From a virus, in the IMG/VR virus record IMGVR_UViG_3300025096_000006, positions 32,001 to 96,000 of that record: DNA of 64,000 nt; one strand, written 5' to 3'. Made by a program: the position numbers and the translations under genes. The notes beneath the pieces are model-generated. The model did no database searches. It saw nothing but the letters and a program-made list of their open reading frames with translations, and had not been told where the DNA came from. Positions 15,543-25,048 of the stretch are shown one piece after another; within the stretch, counting starts at the first letter, position 1; every line of letters starts with the position of its first letter.

Positions 15543-17876
15543 CTATATGTCTAGTTTTAACTTAAATGTTAAATCTTGATCTTCTTTCTTGAGAATTGGG
15601 TTGGATAATGACGCAACACCAATTAAGTTCTTATTTTCATCATATATTCCAATTTTAGAAATATATACTTGCCTGTTAAAAGAAGCCGAATGCCCCTCAA
15701 AGCTAGAGCTAACAATATTTTTTATTCTTAATTTAGGATTTTCCTGATATATGACTGACGAAGTTAGCTGCAAGCGATCTTGACCATATTCTATAGAAGT
15801 AACATTATTAGAATAATTGGTTTCGCCGCGACGAGCATGCGCATGCATGGTCATAACCTGTGTCTCAGTTGTCCCTTCAAAAGATAAATCAAAGGACATA
15901 GATATGAATCTAGTGCCAGTGTTAGAGGTGCCTCCTCCTACTGTGCTTTGGGTTAGACCATCTTCTGCGCCGGCTCCAAAATATTTCCACTTTGGATAAT
16001 CCCACTCTTCAGTATCTTTAATTAATGGCATTGAACCGGTTGCTCCTAGCTGCCAATTGCCAGTCAATAGCAATATTCCTTCTTCATACAAAGCAACACC
16101 AGCCACACTACCGGAGCCCGTTTGAGCATCTGGTCCATCCATGGCTCCAGATACCTGAATAAGCTCTCCATTTTGTTTAAGATCTCTAAGTTCACCTATT
16201 AAAGTTCCAGTCACAAACATTTTTAATGAAAGCGATCCTGGTTTGATTTCCGAACCATAAAAGATAGACGGAATCATTATTGCATTAATTTGTTGGCGAT
16301 CCTTGTCCCAACCAACATCTGTCCCTCCATCTGCATATGCTGCTAAACTTGAACTAACTGCGTAATGCTCACTTCTTGTTCTATAAAGCTCCAATGAGTT
16401 TCGAAGCGCATGGTAGTGAGGGTGCACTGCGGTGCCTTTTGCGCACTCTACAGAAGTATCATCGCGGTATACCGTTTTGGCATCGTGAGCATCGCCATCG
16501 TCTTCATCGTGCGTTGGCAAGCGCTGTGCCGCATAATGTCCGCATTTTCCATCGGTAAAGGTAGAGCTTCCAGTCCAATATTCTCTGCTAATAGAAGCAG
16601 ACATAGGATAGTTTCCATAAAATATGGTACCATCTTCTATGGCGCGCCAGTTATCTAGTTGGCTACCAGTAAAAGCGCTTCTGAATATAGCTCTATCGCT
16701 GCTTTTTACTAGAAAAGGATAAATAAATTCATTTGTAGTTTCGGCGTTAGCATCGGTAGTAGTAGCACCGGCAAAGGCAGTAGCAGTAATCCCTCCATTA
16801 ACTCTTATATCCGATAAATTTCCATTTGTGATAGCTGCGATCGTAGTATTGCCTGCAATGCCAGGAGTGACTTGAGTAACAGTCAATGTATCATTTGTAG
16901 CGGTATGTGTGCTAAGTACGGCAGTCAATTTTCCGCTGTGCCCGGCAGAACCCTCAATGGCTTCCTTAAACTTAGTCGCAATCTCTCCTTGATCACTGCA
17001 TGCAGCAATATTAACGCGGATTGTTGTGCCGCTAACCACGGCACCATTTGCATAAGAGCCGCCATTTTGGAACGCATAAGTTCTTTCCGTTCCATCGCTA
17101 GAAGTTAGCGTAATTGAAGGAGGCGAGCCGTCATCAATACCACCAGAGCCGCCAACTGCATGATTTACAACTCTGATAGTGGCTGTGGAGCCTCCACCGG
17201 CGCCTTCAGCGGCTCCTCCAGTAAAAGCAGTAGCAGTAATGCCGGCATTTACCGTTATATCCGACGTATCACCGTTTGTCACAGCCGCAATTTCGGTGTT
17301 GCCAGCAATACCATCTGTTGCCTGAGTTAAGGTCATTGTATCATTTGTGGCAGTGACCGTACTTAAAACAACAGTAATCTTTCCATTATGCCCAGCGCTG
17401 CCTTCAATAGCTTCTTTAAATTTAGCTGCAATTTCTCCTTGATCGCTGCATGCAGCAATATTGACACGAATTGTTGTACCGCTAACCACGGCGCCATTTG
17501 CATAAGAACCACCATTCTGAAATGCATAGGTTCTCTCTGTTCCGTCACTAGAAGTTAGTACGATAGAGGGCGGCGAACCATCATCAATACCGCCGGATCC
17601 TCCGACTGCATGATTTACAATTTTAATTGTAGCTGTTGCGCCCCCTGCATCAATATTGGCAGCATGTCGAACATAGCCAGTTCCTTTATCTATATTGTAT
17701 TCATATAGACTAATATGTCCTGGACCTACATTTCTAACATTGTGACTAAAGGCGCCAGACTGTTCAGCTCTCTGGTTGTAGTAAACAGTTCCGTCATAAA
17801 TGAAAAACTCACTTTTTGGGTGAGCTTTCATTGTGTTAATCAGAAGATCGTTTTCTCCAAACTTTTTAATAGACAT
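15543..17876 (-). CDS. Virion structural (baseplate/tail-associated) protein with a duplicated inserted domain
   Basis: C-terminus YISKIGIYDENKNLIGVASLSNPILK..KLDI is paralogous to the 17892 gene; two ~142-aa internal repeats. Confidence 0.65.
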   Translation of the reverse strand: MSIKKFGENDLLINTMKAHPKSEFFIYDGTVYYNQRAEQSGAFSHNVRNVGPGHISLYEYNIDKGTGYVRHAANIDAGGATATIKIVNHAVGGSGGIDDGSPPSIVLTSSDGTERTYAFQNGGSYANGAVVSGTTIRVNIAACSDQGEIAAKFKEAIEGSAGHNGKITVVLSTVTATNDTMTLTQATDGIAGNTEIAAVTNGDTSDITVNAGITATAFTGGAAEGAGGGSTATIRVVNHAVGGSGGIDDGSPPSITLTSSDGTERTYAFQNGGSYANGAVVSGTTIRVNIAACSDQGEIATKFKEAIEGSAGHSGKLTAVLSTHTATNDTLTVTQVTPGIAGNTTIAAITNGNLSDIRVNGGITATAFAGATTTDANAETTNEFIYPFLVKSSDRAIFRSAFTGSQLDNWRAIEDGTIFYGNYPMSASISREYWTGSSTFTDGKCGHYAAQRLPTHDEDDGDAHDAKTVYRDDTSVECAKGTAVHPHYHALRNSLELYRTRSEHYAVSSSLAAYADGGTDVGWDKDRQQINAIMIPSIFYGSEIKPGSLSLKMFVTGTLIGELRDLKQNGELIQVSGAMDGPDAQTGSGSVAGVALYEEGILLLTGNWQLGATGSMPLIKDTEEWDYPKWKYFGAGAEDGLTQSTVGGGTSNTGTRFISMSFDLSFEGTTETQVMTMHAHARRGETNYSNNVTSIEYGQDRLQLTSSVIYQENPKLRIKNIVSSSFEGHSASFNRQVYISKIGIYDENKNLIGVASLSNPILKKEDQDLTFKLKLDI
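16764..17639 (-). repeat. Intragenic tandem duplication, 450-nt period (17214-17639 and 16764-17189)
   Basis: Both copies contain VNHAVGGSGGIDDGSPPSI.LTSSDGTERTYAFQNGGSYANGAVVSGTTIRVNIAACSDQGEIA, with many synonymous differences. Confidence 0.95.
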
Positions 17877-17891
17877 AGTTAGTGCATTTTT

Positions 17892-18986
17892 TTAGTAGTC
17901 TAATCTAACGCGAATTGTCATATCAACTTCAGGAGTTTTCTTGAGAGGTTCTGACAATTTCGCAACCGCTAGCAATTCGTTAGCAGCGCTATACAAGCCG
18001 ACTGTTGTGATATACGATATCGGCGGATCAGAAGCCACACTTTTAACTCTCATTTTGCTGGCGGACACATATGTTGGATTAGTGCTGTAATTAAATTTAT
18101 TGTGCGGAACTCTACAGAAATAAATTGTTGAGTTAATCTCAGTAGTATTCTGAAAAGAAACATTTACAAATCTAGCTCTGATGGCATCGCAGTTACCGGA
18201 AATAGAAGAGCCGGTAAATGAAGCGGATACGCCATCAAGCTGTTTTCCATTGGTGGCGAGACTGCCACTAACAAACCTGGGGTTTCCATCCCATATTGAC
18301 GAAGTAAGCGCCACCACACCAGCTTCATAAAAGATCACGCCATAACCTGTGCCATCTTTTGCAACATCGTTATATAAGACAGCCATCTTGCCGCCTTGAG
18401 TAGCAAGTGTTCCTTCTCCAGAAACAGTTCCGGACGGATCTGATAAGACAATCTTGCTTCCATTGGGGTATGCTGCGCCGGCATCACTATCAGAATTAGA
18501 GATCGGCCAAGAACCAGAGAACATCGTAAGACTAAACGATCCAGGTTTGATCTGGTCTTTGTAAAGCAGACGACTAAAATTCAAGAAAACGCACGAATCC
18601 ATAGATCCGGTGCCATCTAGTTTAAGATCGCTTTCAAATTTTCTAATTACACCAGAGCCGGTAACTCCAAGAAGCACCAAAGCTTCTTGATCGTACATAT
18701 TTCGTTTCTTTGCATTTTGTGTGCTACTAGAAGCCGAAAAAGCTGAATCAACAGAATACCCAATAGATATATCAAGGATATGGTTTGCAGATGAGCTTAG
18801 ATACGGATAGTCGTACACTGACTGAAACATTCCGTGTGAATAATCCTTAATATTGAAGGACGTACCATCTGGACTATCATATGTTCCAGACACAATCGTA
18901 CCGCTTAGAGGCAGAGACTCATGAAGTAAAGTTTTTGTAGTTGTAACATCCGTGCTAGGATTTAAAGGTTCATAATTTCGTGGCAT
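17892..18986 (-). CDS. Virion structural (baseplate/tail-associated) protein
   Basis: IKPGSFSL, GVIFYEAG, FNYSTNPT and YITTVGLY..ELLAVAKLS.PLKK..RLDY are shared with the 15543 gene. Confidence 0.65.
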   Translation of the reverse strand: MPRNYEPLNPSTDVTTTKTLLHESLPLSGTIVSGTYDSPDGTSFNIKDYSHGMFQSVYDYPYLSSSANHILDISIGYSVDSAFSASSSTQNAKKRNMYDQEALVLLGVTGSGVIRKFESDLKLDGTGSMDSCVFLNFSRLLYKDQIKPGSFSLTMFSGSWPISNSDSDAGAAYPNGSKIVLSDPSGTVSGEGTLATQGGKMAVLYNDVAKDGTGYGVIFYEAGVVALTSSIWDGNPRFVSGSLATNGKQLDGVSASFTGSSISGNCDAIRARFVNVSFQNTTEINSTIYFCRVPHNKFNYSTNPTYVSASKMRVKSVASDPPISYITTVGLYSAANELLAVAKLSEPLKKTPEVDMTIRVRLDY

Positions 18987-19008
18987 TTATTTTCTCCATG
19001 TCCATAAT

Positions 19009-19995
19009 TTAAGTACCGGCATATCTAATAATTCTTACTGGTATTTGAATGCGTGCGGAAGTTGTAGTTCCCTCGCAATAAACCGTTGAATCGATATAAT
19101 CATATTTTTTGCTTCCACCAAATAACGCTTCAGACTGAACTCCATAAAGCGCATATTTAGTGTCAGAAACTCCGGTTGAGGTTGATGTTAGTTCTTGTGG
19201 AATGTTAAGGTTTAGTGCAGTGGCTGAAGATTTGCATCCTCGAATAGCCGTATACGAAGAAACATCAACTGACGCATGTTCTGTTATGTTATTTGGCACA
19301 CAGTTAATTACGTGGGCACTATAATTTTTAACTGCGAACGAAACAGATGTTGTTGATGACTGCATGAGGCTTCCAAAATTTACTTTAACTTTACCGGCAT
19401 TAGTATTTGTAAATATTGCAGTCTTAGGTGGACCCATAACAGTATTTATAAAACGATGATCAGTAAAAACATACATACTCTTATCAAGCAAATTTGTATT
19501 AGCAAGATAAGTTCTTGAGTTTTCTAAAGTCTGTGCAATATCTGGACTGTCAATACCCATTTCAAGAATAACTTTTGTCGAGGTGGGTGAGCCAGCATTT
19601 AAGAAATAGTTGTCCGAACCAAAAGTCGATTTAAGCTCATCAGCTGTTTCTTGATTAGCAGCAAGATAGTGAACGCTACCAGTCACTAGACTAGATTCAT
19701 TTAGGTGCGGGTTTACTTTAACCTCTGGCATATATAATAAATCGGTTCGTGCGTATGATGAAAGCCCATACGCGATACCAAGATCTGATGCCTCTTTGAT
19801 TGGCGTCTGCAGAATCTCTAAGTCAAAGTAGGGACTGCCTGAAACGTGTGTTAGGTTGTATAGCTCATAATTTATCTCATCGTCTCCAAGTGCAAACTTA
19901 GTAACTCTAAATCTGCCTTGAGCCATCCTTTTTCTACCAGCGCTAGTTAGGATAGCATCTAAAATTATGTCGCCTGAATTGTCTAAAAAAGCCAT
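19009..19995 (-). CDS. Virion structural protein (tail-collar/baseplate-like N-terminus)
   Basis: ILTSAGRKRMA..VTKFALGDDEINY resembles the N-terminus of DUF3751-type tail-collar proteins; GAGGAG RBS. Confidence 0.55.
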   Translation of the reverse strand: MAFLDNSGDIILDAILTSAGRKRMAQGRFRVTKFALGDDEINYELYNLTHVSGSPYFDLEILQTPIKEASDLGIAYGLSSYARTDLLYMPEVKVNPHLNESSLVTGSVHYLAANQETADELKSTFGSDNYFLNAGSPTSTKVILEMGIDSPDIAQTLENSRTYLANTNLLDKSMYVFTDHRFINTVMGPPKTAIFTNTNAGKVKVNFGSLMQSSTTSVSFAVKNYSAHVINCVPNNITEHASVDVSSYTAIRGCKSSATALNLNIPQELTSTSTGVSDTKYALYGVQSEALFGGSKKYDYIDSTVYCEGTTTSARIQIPVRIIRYAGT

Positions 19996-20014
19996 TTATT
20001 AACTCCTCTCTTGA

Positions 20015-20022
20015 TAAATAGT
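20015..20022 (-). promoter_or_regulatory. Candidate late promoter ACTATTTA
   Basis: Intergenic, 19 nt upstream of ATG 19995. Confidence 0.55.
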
Positions 20023-20041
20023 TGTATTTTTTTATCTTTCA

Positions 20042-22942
20042 CTATTGATTTACATTTTTATAAGTAATATTAATATCCATTTTTTTACCGGTTTTCTTTG
20101 ATGTCAATCTTAGTTTAAAAGTATTTCCCCAAATTGTCTCCTCAAGATTGTCTGCTCCAATCGTCACATTTTGCATTTCTTCATGTGATTCGTTTGAAAT
20201 ATCAGCATCTGTATCATCTATTATTGTTTGGTTTATGTTGGGTTTTATCATAAATAGTTTTTTAAATGATTTTGAGGGTTCTGTGTAATGAGTGAGAGTC
20301 GGATCTAAATCTTCCTCACAATAAGCTTCAAAGATAGAATATTTGAAAGCTCCATCATCAACTAATTCAGCTTCGTATATTTCAGATTCAAAGCCGGGTA
20401 TTCCGGCCTCATTTACGGCTCTAAATAAATAATAATATTTTCTATTAGTTGCAATCTTATCATAAAATATTGTTTGCGATAAGGTATTTTTTGAATTTTC
20501 TATTTTTAAGTCTATTCTTGAGATAATTTGATTATCAAAATCCGCAATAGATCGTGGTTTTTCGGACACTCTATACACTTCAATAGCAGCTTGTCTAGAC
20601 ACGGATATTCGATTGACCTGATCTTCAACAGCATTATCTATATCAATCATATCAAGAGAATGAATATAAGAACCTCTAATATCATAATCATCATCCATAA
20701 TGGGAGAAGGGGGCAAATAATGCGTAGTAAAGTCATCATATTTAATATCAAATCCAATTATTTGCGAATTATCCATCAGTTGGAACGGCGAAACATCAAC
20801 TATGTTTGGGGGGTTATCTAACGCTTTTAAAACTTTAGTAGCAATTGGTATTTCTATTATTTTAGCAGAGGCTTCAAAATTTAAATAAAAATCTGCTAGG
20901 TATTGGTAGTTTTTAGATATACTCTGAGTGCTATCGATAAAAGTATTAATTCCTAGCAAGGCGTTATCTTCGTCTGTTTCATATAATTGCGTTTCTGGTC
21001 CTGCAGTTAAAGGGTCATACCACTGAATACAATACCACCCTTCGTAATCAGCAGCTTCTTCCCCAACTATTCCGGAAGGTCTGCCTAAACGAACAGTATC
21101 TACTGAATATTTGCTGCCACACACAAGGACATAAGCATAAACATTATACGTATAATCTTGATCATATTTTATTTGGCTATCATATAATAAAATATCATCT
21201 CCCTCTTTGCCTTCAGCGATCCAAAAATCTTGTAATACGCCCAATGATCCACCGGTAGCAACATTGCCACCTATTTTTTCAACCCTGTAGGCTATTGTTT
21301 CTAAATATTTATGCTGATCACCTCCTACAGATACGGGACCGGCATAATAAGAAGTTGGATTAACTATAGCATCTAAAATTAATTCTTCAGAGGCGCCTGT
21401 GCCGGCGCGGCTGTATGTTGAAAGAGCAGCTTTATCTAAAGAATAAGCTAGTGTAGTATTAGATAATTCTTCAAAATCTTTTACAAAATGAGCTATATTA
21501 ATTGAATTATAGTGAGCGTATAAAAGAGTTGATTCCTTTGCAGACAGTCGATCAATATTTGGAGCACCTATAAAATAACAATCAGACGATGGGTTCACTG
21601 CTGCTTCGCTAGCCTGCTGAGAAGAGATATTATTAATTGCAGAATAGTTAATGAATTCCGCAAAATCCAGCGTTCTGTACGTTTCACTGTTTGTTTCAGT
21701 TAGATCCTCTGAGCCCTCTAGCGAAGCGGATGTATACATTTTTTCGACCATGAAGGTCATATCCTCCAGCCGACTAGGTTCTGCAGAAATTTGTCCAAAT
21801 AAATCTTTTAAATCTTTCATAAACTTGCTACTAAGATTGTGCTCAGTTATTAAATCTCTTACATAGCTCAAGCCTGCAAAAGATTCACTTCCAAAATTAG
21901 ACAGATATGCTGAATTTAATGATTGGAAATCAATTTTAATATAAAAAGGTATTTTACTAATGTTGTCAACAATAGATTTACATTCTTCAGATACTGCATT
22001 TTGATCAAATATCACATTGCGCATAGCCGAATCAATACTGTTTATTGTACTTTGCGAGAGAGGATACCTTAATAAAGATGCAGAATAATAATTTCTCAAG
22101 TTTAAATCAATATCTTCAAATTGAGGAGTAGGAAATCCAGCGCCGGCGCCGGCATCCGCAGTTTCATCCCACGAATCTGCAGAATAAAATGGCGGCAAAT
22201 AAGTGCTAATTAAGACAGGATCTAACAAGCTATCTGGCTCTACTGATGTTAAGTCTGGATATGCATTTTCTAATGTTATAAATCTAAGTATTGCGTCTGC
22301 GTATCCGTATGTCGGCTCTGGAGTATCTTCAATTGTCTGAAATAAATATGCATTTGGAAGAACGCGCTCTGACGCAACCCCATTAGTATAGTCTAAATAC
22401 TCCGAATAATGTCTGTTATAGCTAGGGGTTATCGATATTGTATTGTTTCCCTGAGCGGCGGCGGCATTATGATCTATTATATTAGAGTCATATTTGTGAT
22501 ATGGCAATTGCAAATACCTAATGGAGTGGTCTCCGAATACCGTATTGTGTTGAGACAGCGGTCCTACATATGATTTATCTGAATATTCTCCACCCATTAT
22601 ATAGGCTTCCCACCATAGATAATTGTCAAACCCAAAACTAGTATCTTCATAAATTCGACAAGGCACTCTATAGCTATTAAAAAAAGATAAATTATTTATT
22701 TCTTCCATAAGATCAAAATTTGGAATAATCGCATGCATTCCTTCTTGCTCTGGAACATATTGAACTCCTAATTCATCAAATGTATACTCAGTTCCAAACA
22801 AGGAGTAAGAGAAGTACTCTTCATCATCCGAAATTTCTTCAACTGATATAAAGGCGCCCATGGCTGTTCTGAAAGGATCAGAACCGCTTATAATATCTAA
22901 ATTTGCTAAGCTTAATGCAATGGCGGGGTATTCAGTACTCAT
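20042..22942 (-). CDS. Large acidic hypothetical protein, probably virion structural (FN3-like strands near the C-terminus)
   Basis: 966 aa within the structural operon; IEVYR...YYYLFRAVNEAG resembles an FN3 pattern. Confidence 0.55.
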   Translation of the reverse strand: MSTEYPAIALSLANLDIISGSDPFRTAMGAFISVEEISDDEEYFSYSLFGTEYTFDELGVQYVPEQEGMHAIIPNFDLMEEINNLSFFNSYRVPCRIYEDTSFGFDNYLWWEAYIMGGEYSDKSYVGPLSQHNTVFGDHSIRYLQLPYHKYDSNIIDHNAAAAQGNNTISITPSYNRHYSEYLDYTNGVASERVLPNAYLFQTIEDTPEPTYGYADAILRFITLENAYPDLTSVEPDSLLDPVLISTYLPPFYSADSWDETADAGAGAGFPTPQFEDIDLNLRNYYSASLLRYPLSQSTINSIDSAMRNVIFDQNAVSEECKSIVDNISKIPFYIKIDFQSLNSAYLSNFGSESFAGLSYVRDLITEHNLSSKFMKDLKDLFGQISAEPSRLEDMTFMVEKMYTSASLEGSEDLTETNSETYRTLDFAEFINYSAINNISSQQASEAAVNPSSDCYFIGAPNIDRLSAKESTLLYAHYNSINIAHFVKDFEELSNTTLAYSLDKAALSTYSRAGTGASEELILDAIVNPTSYYAGPVSVGGDQHKYLETIAYRVEKIGGNVATGGSLGVLQDFWIAEGKEGDDILLYDSQIKYDQDYTYNVYAYVLVCGSKYSVDTVRLGRPSGIVGEEAADYEGWYCIQWYDPLTAGPETQLYETDEDNALLGINTFIDSTQSISKNYQYLADFYLNFEASAKIIEIPIATKVLKALDNPPNIVDVSPFQLMDNSQIIGFDIKYDDFTTHYLPPSPIMDDDYDIRGSYIHSLDMIDIDNAVEDQVNRISVSRQAAIEVYRVSEKPRSIADFDNQIISRIDLKIENSKNTLSQTIFYDKIATNRKYYYLFRAVNEAGIPGFESEIYEAELVDDGAFKYSIFEAYCEEDLDPTLTHYTEPSKSFKKLFMIKPNINQTIIDDTDADISNESHEEMQNVTIGADNLEETIWGNTFKLRLTSKKTGKKMDINITYKNVNQ

Positions 22943-22954
22943 ATTGCGCTCTCT

Positions 22955-24262
22955 TTAGTAAGTAGTAGAAGTGCCGGATGGGTTTCCTGCAAATATCATT
23001 AGATCAGATTCTTCGGTTGCTATTTCGGCGCCGAGGGCTAAAGAAGTAAAATTACCAAACTTAAATATATCATATTTTCGACTTCTAAACTCGTCACTAG
23101 TTTCATAGCTGCGTGCTATTAATTCATCATATAGCGATGAAATGGTATTGTCTAATATTTCTGACCATGTATTATCTGAGCCAAATCTTTCCTTGAGAGC
23201 CGCTAGTTCACCCGAATAATATTCAACATACGTGGCACCTTCAGCATATTGTTCTTCATCAGTTGGCTCTTCTTCTCCATCATAATACGTATGAGAAAAC
23301 ATCGGCGCATAATCACTACTATTCATAAAATCCCAATATATTTGTCGTTCTTCTCCCCACAAATCTTCAAAAGATGTATATGCTATCTCCATAACTTGGC
23401 CGGCTTCAAATCTATCAGTATAATTAACGCTGTCAAAATCAAAATCAGATTCAAATTCAGCAGCAATTGAGCCTAGGGCGGCGCGCATAAGTATGCTTCC
23501 TTCTACTTCATTTTCCCAGTCGTCTGTATTGGGAGCAATGATGTCTATAAGTCCTATTCTGTTCTCACGTTCTTCAAAATCTGATCCCAAAGCCAATTCC
23601 GGGAGTCCGTTTTCGCACGGTTTATCTCCGCTAGTTGAATATTCAGTTTCTTGTTCAGGCGCAGCGTCCTCACCAGTATCGGGATCTGCTGAGTCAGCGG
23701 CTTGGCTAGCAACTTGACCGAATGGATCCTGATCTGCTGCCAGCTCGCCAGCTCCTCCTTGCGGATCTTGTTTAGTGTCAGATACATAGGCTCCACCGCC
23801 GCGGGTTCTAGATTGCCATAGGGATCCAACTTCTTTTGGTCCACGGGTTCGATCTCCTGCTTCTCCACCGCCGCGGGTTCTAGATTGCCATAGGGATCCA
23901 ACTTCTTTTGGTCCACGGGTTCGATCTCCTGCTTCTTCTTCTTCAGGGGTGGGTATGCCGAATTTTGGATCCGAAACTTCTTTTTCAAGCGGAGATCCGT
24001 ATAAGGTAGCCCAGCTAGACTGGGCGCCGCCGGCGGATTGAATCATATAGCCTATGCTCATTGTTCCAAGAGATTCGTGAATAATAACATCTTCATCTGG
24101 ATCGCCATATACTCTGGAACCACCTCCAGAAAACCAATCATCCTCTTCGTCTGGTGGCTCTTCGATAACGCATTGCCCCAGGTCCCAAGACCACACATAA
24201 GGTTCGCCATATAAATCTTTACATTCTTGATCTAAGCGTTCAGTTTCTTCATCAGTGGGCAT
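22955..24262 (-). CDS. Acidic hypothetical protein with a 24-aa tandem duplication
   Basis: 435-aa ORF with AAGGA RBS. Confidence 0.7.
   Translation of the reverse strand: MPTDEETERLDQECKDLYGEPYVWSWDLGQCVIEEPPDEEDDWFSGGGSRVYGDPDEDVIIHESLGTMSIGYMIQSAGGAQSSWATLYGSPLEKEVSDPKFGIPTPEEEEAGDRTRGPKEVGSLWQSRTRGGGEAGDRTRGPKEVGSLWQSRTRGGGAYVSDTKQDPQGGAGELAADQDPFGQVASQAADSADPDTGEDAAPEQETEYSTSGDKPCENGLPELALGSDFEERENRIGLIDIIAPNTDDWENEVEGSILMRAALGSIAAEFESDFDFDSVNYTDRFEAGQVMEIAYTSFEDLWGEERQIYWDFMNSSDYAPMFSHTYYDGEEEPTDEEQYAEGATYVEYYSGELAALKERFGSDNTWSEILDNTISSLYDELIARSYETSDEFRSRKYDIFKFGNFTSLALGAEIATEESDLMIFAGNPSGTSTTY
23791..23936. repeat. Perfect in-frame 72-bp tandem duplication
   Basis: 23791-23862 equals 23863-23934; encodes EAGDRTRGPKEVGSLWQSRTRGGG twice. 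Confidence 0.95.
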
Positions 24263-24284
24263 AAAAATATATTTCCTTAATTAT

Positions 24285-24995
24285 TTAAGTAAGTTGTTTT
24301 AATGGAGTGCTAGGCATTTCGCGTAAAATTTGAGCTGATTTATTAGCGTCAACGGCGCCAGCATCCATGCTAAACACTACCTGATCGCCATTGGGGCTAT
24401 TCGTATTGTTGCCGCGATTATTGTTTTTATTAACGGCTCTATTAGTATTATTATTAGAGCTGCCAATATCACTCATCAGGACGCTAATATTTTTATTCTG
24501 TTGTATTTGTTTTGAGCTATTGCGTTTTCGCTTGTCATTTTCGTTTCGTTTATTTTGAGGAATATCATCATCCAAACAGTAAAATGGATCATTTGGATTA
24601 GCAAAATTCTTTTTTGCATCTCTTTGTTTGTTTTTCATATTTTTTGTCGATTGTTCATCAATTATATTTGGGTTATCTACAGTTTCTTTATCGGTTTGCT
24701 GTAGTAATAGCGAATAATCATATTTTTCATCACTAATGTCACAGCCCAGTGAAAATAACAATTTAGTAGAGATTTCTGCGGTGTTGCCGTTCGACTCATA
24801 GGCGCCTGCAATTCTTTTTGCTTTCATGATGGCTAAAGATTTTTGAATATTGGCTACTCTTGTTCTTCTTTTGTCAGTAACTTTGCCGTTTATTAAAAAC
24901 TTATTTTTTGTTGCAATAATTCGGTTTAAAGCTCTATCTTCGACTATTTCTCTAGTTAGCATTCGACTGCTTGCGCCGCGTTTACGTTTTGCCAA
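24285..24995 (-). CDS. Basic, Asn-rich low-complexity hypothetical protein
   Basis: TTG start after GGAGA; K/R-rich N-terminus and N-rich C-terminus. Confidence 0.65.
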   Translation of the reverse strand: MAKRKRGASSRMLTREIVEDRALNRIIATKNKFLINGKVTDKRRTRVANIQKSLAIMKAKRIAGAYESNGNTAEISTKLLFSLGCDISDEKYDYSLLLQQTDKETVDNPNIIDEQSTKNMKNKQRDAKKNFANPNDPFYCLDDDIPQNKRNENDKRKRNSSKQIQQNKNISVLMSDIGSSNNNTNRAVNKNNNRGNNTNSPNGDQVVFSMDAGAVDANKSAQILREMPSTPLKQLT

Positions 24996-25028
24996 AATAA
25001 TTCTCCATTTTTTAATATAATCTCATGA

Positions 25029-25036
25029 TAAATAGT
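25029..25036 (-). promoter_or_regulatory. Candidate late promoter ACTATTTA
   Basis: Intergenic, 33 nt upstream of the 24995 start. Confidence 0.5.
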
Positions 25037-25048
25037 GCACATATGATT

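Noticed and set aside
23791-23936. 72-bp repeat as a CRISPR array
   Set aside because: Two abutting copies with no spacer, in frame inside a CDS, and no cas genes in the window.
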